DNA of 64,000 bases from Candidatus Iainarchaeum sp. (lineage in GTDB: Archaea > B1Sed10-29 > WALL01 > JAGHAM01), in NCBI GenBank assembly GCA_021161465.1, contig JAGHAM010000003.1, positions 2,631 through 66,630 on the forward strand, in the 5' to 3' direction. The translations under genes and the position numbers were made by a program. A model generated the notes under the pieces. It was given only the letters and a program-made list of their open reading frames with translations, was not told the origin of the DNA and did not search any database. Below, piece after piece: positions 36,608 to 45,893 of this stretch (within the stretch, counting starts at the first letter, position 1; every line of letters begins with the position of its first letter).

Positions 36608-37834
36608 ATGGTCACGGATGATGAGAAGAAAGATAAGAAGCTTATAAAGCTAATAGCTGGTGAGAAGAAGACAGAGCCAAAAGGAATAAGGAGGATAGGA
36701 ACATCATCTGGGATAACTCCAACCTACAAAGAAACCAGTGTTGAAGATATAGTCAGTAGAATGGAGAAGAAGTACAAAGAAAGAGGGATACTCGAAGAAG
36801 GCGGAGTGGAACTAACCAAGGGAGAAGAGCTTAAAGAAATGGTAGTTGGTGTAACCCCTCTCCAACTTGATAGGAGAACCCCAGATTTGCTGGTCCACGA
36901 GAGTTCGCCGTTTTTAAGATTTGTTGGTTCTCTCTACTCGACTATCAAGCCACTCAATTCTCTCAATAATGACATATTGACTATGAGCATTTCTGAGTCT
37001 TTGCCTGTAGACCTGAATAAAGCTAACATACCCTATAGCAGCAAGCAATTTGCTTCAGTAGCTCTAGTGGTCACTATAATTGCAACTGTCTTCATGTTTT
37101 TTCTGACCACCATACTCTCACTTACTCTGTTATCCCCTATCATAGACATTTCAATTGGGGCTCTGCCACAGCCAGTTCCCATCCTGCTTAAGATAACGCT
37201 CTCTGGTCTTTTCTCGTTTGTATCTGGCGCGATGGTGCTAGTCATAGCGCTTAAATACCCGGTCATAGTTGCTGGCAAAAGAAAAACAGATATAGAACGC
37301 ATATTACCTTTCGCTTTGAGGCAGATGGCAACTGAGATAAAATCAGGGATTGGGATACACGGCAGCCTTAAGTCAATAGTGCGATCTAACTATGGGGCAT
37401 TATCAGAAGAGTTCGAAAGGGTGTTGAAGGACATAGAGAAGGGGAAGTCAACTGAGGATGCTCTTGATGAACTGGTTCTCCGTTCTCCCTCAGAGAGTTT
37501 GGCCACAGCGGGTATACACATGATTAGAGCCATAAGGACTGGGGGTAACTTATCTGATGTTATATATGCCATAGCTGATGAAGTTGCATTTAGGCTTAGG
37601 ATGAAGATGCAGGAGTTTGTGAGCAAACTAAACCTAGTGAGTTTAATCTATATGATGGTTGGGGTTATCTTCCCTGTGCTAGTTGCTGTCCTGGCCTCGG
37701 TTTTCACAGCAGTTCCCACTCTTGGCCTTGGGTCAGCAATTGGGCCTGAAATGCTGTTCATGTTATATTTTGTACTTATACCAGCAGTGCTTGGTGTCAT
37801 ACTTTATTTCATAAAAGCTTTCCAGCCGATGTGA
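36608..37834 (+). CDS. Pilus platform protein (TadB/TadC, T2SSF domain)
   Basis: LPFALRQMA..IKSG, YGALSEEF, TGGNLSD. Confidence 0.88.
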   Translation: MVTDDEKKDKKLIKLIAGEKKTEPKGIRRIGTSSGITPTYKETSVEDIVSRMEKKYKERGILEEGGVELTKGEELKEMVVGVTPLQLDRRTPDLLVHESSPFLRFVGSLYSTIKPLNSLNNDILTMSISESLPVDLNKANIPYSSKQFASVALVVTIIATVFMFFLTTILSLTLLSPIIDISIGALPQPVPILLKITLSGLFSFVSGAMVLVIALKYPVIVAGKRKTDIERILPFALRQMATEIKSGIGIHGSLKSIVRSNYGALSEEFERVLKDIEKGKSTEDALDELVLRSPSESLATAGIHMIRAIRTGGNLSDVIYAIADEVAFRLRMKMQEFVSKLNLVSLIYMMVGVIFPVLVAVLASVFTAVPTLGLGSAIGPEMLFMLYFVLIPAVLGVILYFIKAFQPM

Positions 37835-37838
37835 TAAG

Positions 37839-38699
37839 ATGGAGTTATATAACTCATATGTGCGTTCCGTGAAGTTTGCGTTGGGCGATGTAGAGCCCGA
37901 CTACTTGCTACTCGGCGCGCTTTTTGCATCGTCTTTAGCGCTGACCTACATTGGTGTTTTCGTTGATATGATATTCGGTGGTTTGATAGCTGTATTTTGC
38001 TTGGATTTGGCAGTCGGTTATCCCTTGTACAAACGTTCCAAAAGGATTGCACAGATGGAGAGGGCATTACCAGATGTAATGACCAGCATGGCAGCTACGC
38101 TTCAGGCAGGGGGTACCATAGAGAGCTCGCTTAAGGATGCAAGCCGTGGCAGATACGGGCCAATAAGCGAGGAGTTAAGGCGGATGTTGAGGGAAGTCAA
38201 GCGTGGGAAAACTTTTGAGGCGGCTTTCTCAGACTTTGCCAGGAGAACGGAGTCGGTGAACATTCAGAGGAGTGTGGATGTCATAATCTCCGCTAAGAGA
38301 ACTGGTGGTGGCCTGGTGCAGGCCTTGAGGAGCATCGCTGACGACCTGAAAAACAACCAGAGGCTCATTGAGGAGAGGAAATCTATAACCCTGCTCCAGA
38401 TAATCTTCATAATTGTAGCTGCTGATATCATTGGACCAGCGATTCTTGGCTTGGTTTCCGGGATTACTGTGTTTTTAGCTAGTATTGGAGGAAATGAATC
38501 TAATCCTGTCTTGGGAACAGTTGTGTTCTACCTTAAGGGATATATAGTAGTTTCAGCAATTTTCTCAGCTCTTGCAGCAGCTGTCATAAGAGAGGGAGAT
38601 GTGACTAAGTCGGTTTTATATTTACCAATACTGTTAACGTTAGCATACACAATTTATGTGGGAGTTGGTATAGTTGCAAAAATGTGGTTTGGCTTCTGA
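37839..38699 (+). CDS. Second pilus platform protein (TadB/TadC)
   Basis: LPDVMTSMA..LQAG, YGPISEEL, TGGGL..AL..IADD. Confidence 0.88.
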   Translation: MELYNSYVRSVKFALGDVEPDYLLLGALFASSLALTYIGVFVDMIFGGLIAVFCLDLAVGYPLYKRSKRIAQMERALPDVMTSMAATLQAGGTIESSLKDASRGRYGPISEELRRMLREVKRGKTFEAAFSDFARRTESVNIQRSVDVIISAKRTGGGLVQALRSIADDLKNNQRLIEERKSITLLQIIFIIVAADIIGPAILGLVSGITVFLASIGGNESNPVLGTVVFYLKGYIVVSAIFSALAAAVIREGDVTKSVLYLPILLTLAYTIYVGVGIVAKMWFGF

Positions 38700-38856
38700 G
38701 GAGAAAGCGCAGGTGTCAATAGAATACCTGGTAATAATAGGTGCAGCGATAACACTGGTGGTCCTAATCAGTCTTTTGATTAAGAACTCTTTCCTAAGGA
38801 ACTGGTTGCATCTCGGTGGGGAGAACGTTAACAGAACATTGGGTAACACCACTTAG
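38689..38856 (+). CDS. Small class III signal peptide pilin-like protein
   Basis: KA/QVSIEYL followed by a hydrophobic helix. Confidence 0.75.
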   Translation: MASEEKAQVSIEYLVIIGAAITLVVLISLLIKNSFLRNWLHLGGENVNRTLGNTT

Positions 38857-39136
38857 ACAGGTATTCATGTGCACTCTGCTGTATCCACCAATTAATCCTC
38901 TAGAGTTGGTTTAGGGGCGTATTCCTAGAGTGTGTTCTCTGCTGTGCAGTCCACTAGTAAGTTCCCACTAGCTGGAACTCTTGTAGAAGGGGGCTCCATC
39001 AGTCCTGCTATGCGGTCCAATAGTAGGTTCCCACCTAAAACAGTGATTTGAGAACCGAGATGGCATTCTGTATATCTTAGATTACTGGCACTCAGTAAAG
39101 TTTATAAATCAGAACCACATATTTTAAAGTGGATAT

Positions 39137-39668
39137 CTGGAGGCGTCAAATATGTTTAAATTAAAGGGCCAAAGAGGTCAGGGTTCCATTGAGTACTTAA
39201 TGATTTTAGCTGCAGTGCTTGCCATTGCAGTAGTGGTAGTTGTGCTTGCTACTACCTTCTTCACAAGATACCAGGAGCCTGCGCAGGTTTCGAGCGACAA
39301 AAGTGTTTGTGGTGCCGCTCAGATACAGTTGATGAACTACTTCCAAAGATATGAAAACGCAACAGATGCAGGGGACAAGCTGAAGATAAAGTATCTGGGC
39401 AAGGTTGCAAATTGTTCGTATGTAGCTGACACTAGCAGCTTGGGTATGACTGCATCTACCTCATGTAAGATAGGGACAACTAAGAATACACAAATAGTTG
39501 TCTTTGCTGGTATGGATGGTGGAGATGCAGTTTGTAAGGTAGCAGATGTACCTTAGGGTTGCATTGGTGGTGTCATACCGAGAGTGAAAGGTCAGGTTCC
39601 TGGAGGCGTCAAATATGTTTAAATTAAAAGGCCAAAGAGGTCAGGGTTCCATTGAGTACTTAATGATT
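39137..39668 (+). repeat. 69-bp direct repeat (39137-39205 and 39600-39668) covering SD and pilin signal peptide
   Basis: ctggaggcgtcaaatatgtttaaattaaa(g/a)ggccaaagaggtcagggttccattgagtacttaatgatt, one mismatch. Confidence 0.9.
39152..39556 (+). CDS. Probable major pilin 1 (class III signal peptide)
   Basis: RG/QGSIEYLMIL; GGAGG SD; TTTATAAA promoter near 39101. Confidence 0.85.
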   Translation: MFKLKGQRGQGSIEYLMILAAVLAIAVVVVVLATTFFTRYQEPAQVSSDKSVCGAAQIQLMNYFQRYENATDAGDKLKIKYLGKVANCSYVADTSSLGMTASTSCKIGTTKNTQIVVFAGMDGGDAVCKVADVP

Positions 39669-39986
39669 CTTGCAGCAGTGGTAGCTATAGCAGCTGTGGT
39701 GATTGCTATCATGATGGGGATTCTTGATACAAAAGGGCCAGTCATCAAGAGCCAGAAGGCAAGGTGTAGCACTAATGGAATAGAGTTGCCAAACTATAAT
39801 GATTTTCCCCAAAATGCAACAGATGCGGCGAATGCTCTTTTGGTGAATTATGGTGGCAATCAGATGACATGTGATACTACTAGTGAGCATTTAGATAGCT
39901 TAAAGGCATCATGCGAGATAGGGAATCCAGACAAGCCTTTGATAACACTTGAGGTTAATGCCACGAACTGTAGATTCCTTGAGTAA
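39615..39986 (+). CDS. Probable major pilin 2 (class III signal peptide)
   Basis: N-terminus identical to pilin 1; divergent Cys-containing globular domain. Confidence 0.85.
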   Translation: MFKLKGQRGQGSIEYLMILAAVVAIAAVVIAIMMGILDTKGPVIKSQKARCSTNGIELPNYNDFPQNATDAANALLVNYGGNQMTCDTTSEHLDSLKASCEIGNPDKPLITLEVNATNCRFLE

Positions 39987-40215
39987 CCCTATGAGTATTG
40001 AAGCCCTTCGGGCTGATGATAGTAGATTGGTAGGTTGAACTCCCACCAAGAGAAGCGAGTTTCTTGATCATAATAGAAAATAACTGAGCCTTAGGTTGTT
40101 GCTATTAACTCATCTGGCTAGTAACGTTGACACCTAGGGTGCTATGGTAACCTATATTATACTGGCAGCTCCACCAGGGTAAACTATTTTATACCTCTTA
40201 CCCGTAAGTTAGAAC

Positions 40216-40416
40216 ATGCCTTCAATGTTGGAGTTAGTTTCGGAGGAGAAATCTCAGTCATCTCTGGAATACTTATACTTAACAGCGTTTGCTGTTGGCA
40301 TAGTGGCGGTTGTTGCAATACTTCTGAACGATATACTATCAATCCAGGAAAGGGCAAAGAACAAGGTCATTGCATATAAGGAAGACGTCTTTCGAATGAT
40401 AAATGTAACCGGCTAG
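40216..40416 (+). CDS. Small class III signal peptide pilin-like protein
   Basis: KS/QSSLEYL followed by a hydrophobic helix. Confidence 0.75.
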   Translation: MPSMLELVSEEKSQSSLEYLYLTAFAVGIVAVVAILLNDILSIQERAKNKVIAYKEDVFRMINVTG

Positions 40417-40422
40417 ATTTAA

Positions 40423-41478
40423 ATGAACATCTTTTTTATGGTTAGTGCGACTATTACAGTTGCTGGTTTATTGATTGCTAGTTATACAGACTTAAAGGAG
40501 CGATTAGTTTCTAACAAATTGAATTATTCCTTACTGCTGGCCGGCCTGCTTTTGTATGGAGTTGAATCCATGTATACTGGTTCTATACTGCCATTTGCCT
40601 ATTCACTTGGTGGTGCAACTATAGCGTTTGTCTTCTCTTTGTTCCTTTACAAAGTTGGGGCCTGGGCTGGCGGTGATGTTAAATTATTCACCGCTTTAGG
40701 GGCGTTGCTGCCCATGGCGCCAGAGCACCTCATAGGTTCCAGAGTGCCAAGCTTCTATGCTAGCTACCCTTTATTCCCTTTTTTGATAGTTGAGGACAGT
40801 GTTTTAATTGCATTCCCTTTCATAATGGCATACATCTTCTGGAAAACTTTTAGGAAGAGGGCACTTAGGGATGATTTCAAGAAGATGGGTATAGGAGTTG
40901 TTGTAAAATCTCTTGTGCTGTCCGCGAACGCCTATGGTATCTTGGCTCTGTTGCCTCTCGCTGGTCTCCCCACCTGTTCATAAGTATTGTTCTTAATCCT
41001 CCTGGCTTTCCTGCCGAGGCAATTGTGGTATCCATCAGCAGTGATTTTGTTTGCTACTGGCTTGTTGTGTGGAAGCAACTTAACCGTGTTTATATCTCTT
41101 CTGGTTACTAGTATTTTTGGTTTCGGGTTCTTTGAAGCTATAACCCATGGGAGAAAGGCACTTCAGAAAAGGGTCCCCACAGGTAAGCTTAAGGAAGGCA
41201 TGATTTCAGCTGAGTTGGTTTTTGTTGAGAACGGAAAACTAAAAAGGCTTTCTCGCTCATGGTTAGAGAGAATTCACCTTTTTGAGCCGCCGGGAACGAT
41301 TGTGTCTGACCTAAGCGCAGCTGGATTAACGCCCGAGCAAATAAAAAAGCTTAAGGAGCTTAATGTCAAGAGTTTGTTAATCAAAGAATCAGTTCCGATG
41401 ATACCAATACTTTTATTAGGATGTATTACATCATTAGTTCTTGGTGATTTGGTTTGGCTAATTATGGGCTTGTTGTGA
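40423..41478 (+). pseudogene. EppA/FlaK-type A24 prepilin peptidase interrupted by an in-frame TAA at 40981-40983
   Basis: SYTDLKER and GGDVKL catalytic Asp motifs in part 1; LKEGMI...GL..EQI.KL..VPMIP C-terminal part in the same frame. Confidence 0.7.
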
Positions 41479-41939
41479 ACGCAAAGGGCCAGATAACCAT
41501 AGAATATATACTTATAATAGTCATTGCTCTTGCGATTCTTGGCTCGGTTACATTCCCTGCAGTGAATGATATGACAGATGCCGCTAAGGATACTTCTATG
41601 GCGGTTTTGCTCGCCTCAGCTCAGCAGAGGATAATAAACACAGCAGAGGAAGTTTCAATGGCAAGTTGCGGCTCGTTCAAGAACATATACATCTACATAC
41701 CCCCGAAGTACATACAAGCGCCGAATGTCTTATGGGATAAAGATTATGTATGGGGCAATTTCGCAAATTCAAGCGGAGATGTAAATTCCATAGGCAAGCT
41801 TGGTTTCCCGGATTACATAAAAATAACTGGGAGTTGTCCCTCTGCTGTGAACAACACCTTTAAGGTTACAATAACCAAGGACTGCACTAACTCGCGGCCG
41901 ACGGCCTCTGGTGGGGTAGGGGTTGATGTTTGTACATGA
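41475..41939 (+). CDS. Minor pilin (class III signal peptide)
   Basis: KG/QITIEYIL; GTGA overlap with upstream stop. Confidence 0.8.
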   Translation: MNAKGQITIEYILIIVIALAILGSVTFPAVNDMTDAAKDTSMAVLLASAQQRIINTAEEVSMASCGSFKNIYIYIPPKYIQAPNVLWDKDYVWGNFANSSGDVNSIGKLGFPDYIKITGSCPSAVNNTFKVTITKDCTNSRPTASGGVGVDVCT

Positions 41940-42334
41940 GAAAGGGGCAAATTTCAGCTGAATATATACTCATCGCAATAATGATTTTAGGAAGCTCTTT
42001 TATTGCGTTTAAATACTTCCAGGCAGAGGGGTTCAATTTAGTTACAGATTCATTGTTGAAGACGAGTGTTGACTGGGAGCTTGCCAGCTCGGCTTTAGAG
42101 CACCCAAAGTGTGACATATTCCTTGGTGGTATATACGCTAATAGGACCAAATACACAAGCACGTTCCAGGTACAGGCGAGTAACTCAACGGGGGCAGACC
42201 CGTATTGCACCAGTGTGGTGCTAAGCCGCTCTGTGAGGAACAGGATACAAGGCTTGATTTCTTCAGCTCTTGGCTGTGACCCCTCTACAAATGGCTCATG
42301 TAAGGGCCATATATACACTATTGGCACCAGATAG
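41936..42334 (+). CDS. Minor pilin (class III signal peptide)
   Basis: MRKG/QISAEYIL. Confidence 0.8.
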   Translation: MRKGQISAEYILIAIMILGSSFIAFKYFQAEGFNLVTDSLLKTSVDWELASSALEHPKCDIFLGGIYANRTKYTSTFQVQASNSTGADPYCTSVVLSRSVRNRIQGLISSALGCDPSTNGSCKGHIYTIGTR

Positions 42335-42373
42335 CTGTTAGTTTAATATTCTTAAATTTCCACAAGGAAACTT

Positions 42374-42940
42374 ATGGGGTTTAATTTTTTCAGGGATAGG
42401 ATAAAAGAGCAAGGTGGGAGTGAAGCTGAATATATAATTCTAAGAACACAGCTGGCGACCCTAACCCTATTCATATTTGCGATTTTCACAGTATTCTCCC
42501 AGTCGTACATCCTACTCTCCGCTGTGGTCTTGCTGTTCTTGCTTAACGTTTACTCGGTTATCAAACAGCTGAAGACTAGGGACAAGCGTGCCTATGAGTA
42601 CTTCTTCATCGGCTTGAATGTTTTGGGTGTTTTACTGGCAGCGTTCAACTTTGTCTTTCCGGGATTTCATCCCATATATGCTTTAGCTTATCTCGGAATT
42701 TTTTTCATATTCCTGATAGTCTTTCATGTGTTTTTCAAAAGGAACTTCACGTATGGGGAAGTTTTGGTTTCTGATGGCGAGTGGGCGGTTGTTAAGGCGC
42801 ATTATGATTTGTGCTCCGGAGTGAAAAATGGCTTTTATGCTGTCAGGAGCAAGAAAGGTATAAAAAAGGGAAAAGAGGTAAAAATAAGCGTTAAAGGATT
42901 CTTAGGGGAGAGGAGAATGCCTTGGAAGGTAATAGGGTAG
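42374..42940 (+). CDS. DUF2101-like membrane protein
   Basis: Four TM segments, then RNFTYGEV...YDL.SGVK.G.Y. Confidence 0.65.
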   Translation: MGFNFFRDRIKEQGGSEAEYIILRTQLATLTLFIFAIFTVFSQSYILLSAVVLLFLLNVYSVIKQLKTRDKRAYEYFFIGLNVLGVLLAAFNFVFPGFHPIYALAYLGIFFIFLIVFHVFFKRNFTYGEVLVSDGEWAVVKAHYDLCSGVKNGFYAVRSKKGIKKGKEVKISVKGFLGERRMPWKVIG

Positions 42941-43254
42941 TATTTTGGGTATGTCTAATAGTTTCAGTTCTAGGTGTAGTCTTAGCTAGCTTAGGGGTTC
43001 CTAGAGAGGTGACTGCACTATCACCAGAGCTCGTTGGCCAGGATGTTGTTCTTATAGGAACCATAAACACTATTCGCATGCACAATGGCAATGCTTTTCT
43101 TTCAGTTAATGGATTCAGAGTGGTTATCTTCAGCAAGGATGCCCATAGGCTTGGTGTAACAAGTTTGACCACCGGAACCAGAGTGGCCCTCCTAGGTTCT
43201 GTTAGGGAATATCATGGCGAGATAGAGCTGGTTGTGAGGGATTTAGTTGATTGA
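42922..43254 (+). CDS. Membrane-anchored OB-fold nucleic-acid-binding protein
   Basis: N-terminal TM; VVLIGTI, FRVVIF, G.RV...GSVREYHGEIELVV (RPA-like OB pattern). Confidence 0.75.
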   Translation: MEGNRVVFWVCLIVSVLGVVLASLGVPREVTALSPELVGQDVVLIGTINTIRMHNGNAFLSVNGFRVVIFSKDAHRLGVTSLTTGTRVALLGSVREYHGEIELVVRDLVD

Positions 43255-44362
43255 GCTGGTTATTGCTATCTTGGCAGGTGTTTTGTGTGGTGTTTTGACT
43301 GGTTTGGTTCCAGGACTGCACATAAACACGTTCATACCCTTCCTCTTTTTGCTGAGGGGTAGCTGGCTGACTGGCTTCGTGCTTGGGGTTGTGGTATCTC
43401 ATTCGCTGTTTGACTTCTTCCCAGCGATTTTTCTTGGTGTGCCCGAGGAGTCTACGGCATTATCCATACTCCCAGCGCATAAGATGGTTCTAAGGGGGAA
43501 GGCTCTAAAAGCGTTCCAACTTTCTTTGTTTGGTGGGCTGTTTTCTTCACTCTTCGCGGTTGCTTCGGTGCCTTTTTTAATTCCTTTAAGCAAGCTCGAC
43601 TTGAGAATCCCTGTGCTGGCAGTACTGGTGGCCACCATTCTTTTTATGCTCCTGTCATCCAGCAGGAAGATTCTCACCGCGGCAATCTTTGTTCTTGCTG
43701 GTATACTCGGCCTAAATACCCTTGGTGAACCCAACTCATTCTTAGCGCTGTTCTCTGGCTTTTTTGGGGCAAGTACAATTATAAATTCCCTTATGTCAAA
43801 TCCAGAAGTTCCAAAGCAGAAGTTAGTTGAGGCTAGGGTGCCTGCGTTCAAGCCAGTCTTCCTTGGTAGCCTTGCAGGGCTATTTTCAGGACTTACTCCA
43901 GGGATAAGTTCTTCAATATCAGGACTGGCTGTTAAGAAGCTTGGAAAGGTTAGTGATGAAGACTTTCTGGTGGTGTTGGGTGGCGCCAATACAGTTTATG
44001 CTTTCATGGCGATAGCTGCTATCTTTATCATAGGTAGGCCAAGAAGTGGTGCAGGGCTCCTGCTGGGTGATAGTGCTGGCATGTTCATGCTTGTTGGGGG
44101 GTTCCTCCTTGCTCTTGGCTTGGCTTCGTTCCTTGCGTGGAAGCTTGCTCCAATGGTTGTATTGGTTTTCAACACGCTGCCAACAAAGGGATTGAACATA
44201 GTAGCACTTGGCTTTCTGGTCGCGCTTACCCTCTGGTTTGGGGTTTTTCCCTTATTCATTGTGAGCACTTCTCTCGGGCTAGTTTGCTTGCTCTCTGGTG
44301 TTAGAAGGAATACATGCATGGCAAGTATTTTATTACCGGCGGTTCTATACTACCTTCCGTGA
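43247..44362 (+). CDS. TctA-like (DUF112) polytopic membrane permease
   Basis: TGLVPGLHIN, FPAIFLGVPE..TALSILPAH.M...G, PGISSS, RPRSG. Confidence 0.85.
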   Translation: MIELVIAILAGVLCGVLTGLVPGLHINTFIPFLFLLRGSWLTGFVLGVVVSHSLFDFFPAIFLGVPEESTALSILPAHKMVLRGKALKAFQLSLFGGLFSSLFAVASVPFLIPLSKLDLRIPVLAVLVATILFMLLSSSRKILTAAIFVLAGILGLNTLGEPNSFLALFSGFFGASTIINSLMSNPEVPKQKLVEARVPAFKPVFLGSLAGLFSGLTPGISSSISGLAVKKLGKVSDEDFLVVLGGANTVYAFMAIAAIFIIGRPRSGAGLLLGDSAGMFMLVGGFLLALGLASFLAWKLAPMVVLVFNTLPTKGLNIVALGFLVALTLWFGVFPLFIVSTSLGLVCLLSGVRRNTCMASILLPAVLYYLP

Positions 44363-44366
44363 GTTT

Positions 44367-44714
44367 ATGAAGATAAAAGAAGACACCTTGGATTTCATAC
44401 TGGAGGCTTGCCGGAATACCTATCCAAACGAGTTCTTAGGTCTCCTCAGGGCAAAAGGAGGCACCATAACTGAGGTTTTGCTGATTCCAGGGAGCAAGTT
44501 TGAGCACACAAGCTCAACTTTAAGGAGGGATATGGTTCCATTGGACCCAACTATAGTCGGTTCAGTTCACTCGCACCCTGGCAGGCCGATACCCTCCAAA
44601 GCAGACCTTAACTTCTTCTCTAAGTTTGGGAAAATACATCTAATTGTGGGTTATCCTTTCACAAGGGATACCATTGCTGTGTTCGGCCCTGAACGGTTGG
44701 AAATAGTTAAATAG
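44367..44714 (+). CDS. JAB/MPN (JAMM) domain metalloprotein
   Basis: YPNEF...GSVHSHP...PSKADL: intact E-HxH-S-D motif. Confidence 0.9.
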   Translation: MKIKEDTLDFILEACRNTYPNEFLGLLRAKGGTITEVLLIPGSKFEHTSSTLRRDMVPLDPTIVGSVHSHPGRPIPSKADLNFFSKFGKIHLIVGYPFTRDTIAVFGPERLEIVK

Positions 44715-44736
44715 AACAATAGGTTAATAGTGATTA

Positions 44737-45240
44737 ATGGAAAAGGCAATGTTGTCTCTGGACCTGTTAGTTAGCCTAATTGGTTTAGTTATGGTTGGAG
44801 GGGCATTGGCTTCTCTTGGCTTCATCCAGGCGGAGAGCGCGGTCTCGAATTCATTGCAGTTCAAGGCAGAGTCCATGGCAATGGCAGTAGGTTCTGCTAT
44901 AAATAATTTTGATGCCATAAACCCAGAAACAGGCTCAAACTTGACACTTAACCTATCCGACCCTGAGCCAATTTCAAGCAATACCTTGTCTTCGGGCTGG
45001 CCGCCAGTCGGCAGGGTCAGCTTTGACTCCTGTAAGGTCAGCTTCGAATCCTCTGGTTCAGCACGGTTTGTCGTAGTGAATATCAGTTTTTACAGGTGGG
45101 ATTCCAACATGGAAGAGTCCGTGGTTGGAAAATATCCAATTGTGAATACAGTTCAGGTTATTGGTGGGACAAATCCAATGAACTGCAATGGGACCATATT
45201 TGTTAATAAAGATATGAACGTGAGGTTGTATGACTATTAA
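44737..45240 (+). CDS. Pilin-like protein
   Basis: MEKA/MLSLDLL followed by a hydrophobic helix. Confidence 0.65.
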   Translation: MEKAMLSLDLLVSLIGLVMVGGALASLGFIQAESAVSNSLQFKAESMAMAVGSAINNFDAINPETGSNLTLNLSDPEPISSNTLSSGWPPVGRVSFDSCKVSFESSGSARFVVVNISFYRWDSNMEESVVGKYPIVNTVQVIGGTNPMNCNGTIFVNKDMNVRLYDY

Positions 45241-45589
45241 AGTTTGCAAAACAAATGAGAGGGCACAAGTCATCTCAACAGATTTGCTGGTGTCTTTGAT
45301 AGTTGTTACGTTGGCTATGGGTTTGAGTGTACAGGCACTCGGGGAGCATTACAGGCAGGCCGCGTCCACATTTGAGGGTGCGAAGATGCACCAGATAGCC
45401 TTGGATGCAGCGGCAATAAACTATTACAAGGGCATGGATGGTGAGGCAGCCGGTTACGATGGCTTGGATGTTTCAGCTGAGAAACTGGGCTACACCTTAG
45501 CTGACCATCAGGCCCCCTTATCAAGTTCATGTGTTGTTAGTTCACGTGGAACAGGTGCCCACCCCACTGTGGTTTACGTTTGCAGGTGA
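45230..45589 (+). CDS. Pilin-like protein
   Basis: RA/QVISTDLL followed by a hydrophobic helix. Confidence 0.65.
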   Translation: MTIKVCKTNERAQVISTDLLVSLIVVTLAMGLSVQALGEHYRQAASTFEGAKMHQIALDAAAINYYKGMDGEAAGYDGLDVSAEKLGYTLADHQAPLSSSCVVSSRGTGAHPTVVYVCR

Positions 45590-45593
45590 TGAT

Positions 45594-45893
45594 TTGAGGA
45601 AAGGAATTTTCTTTTCAATGGAGGCTACCTACCTGTTGATTGCTACGTTCGTGGTAGTTGAGGCCATGATTATGTTCCTCCCAAATGTAAACCAGCCAAA
45701 CTATGACATGATTTCAGCTCTTAAGGTGGCACATGACATGGGGCAGAACAACACTTCTTCACCACCGGAAATATCACCAGCTCTCAAAAGCAACTACGAT
45801 TTTGGTGTTGCATGTGGAAACAGAAACGACACCATCAAGATTGCGTACTATGATTATGGGGCTGCAACAGACGAGAGGGTGTGCACAAAATGA
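45594..45893 (+). CDS. Pilin-like protein
   Basis: RKG/IFFSMEA followed by a hydrophobic helix; GGTGA SD before TTG. Confidence 0.65.
   Translation: MRKGIFFSMEATYLLIATFVVVEAMIMFLPNVNQPNYDMISALKVAHDMGQNNTSSPPEISPALKSNYDFGVACGNRNDTIKIAYYDYGAATDERVCTK

Noticed and set aside
38857-39136. Long intergenic gap with repeated TAGTA(A/G)GTTCCCAC; considered a mini-CRISPR or hidden ORF
   Set aside because: Only two 14-nt copies, no array periodicity, no cas genes and no credible ORF
40001-40060. CTGATGA after a small hairpin suggested a hammerhead ribozyme or fluoride riboswitch
   Set aside because: No correctly placed GAAA/stem II or crcB pseudoknot; kept only as a C/D-like candidate
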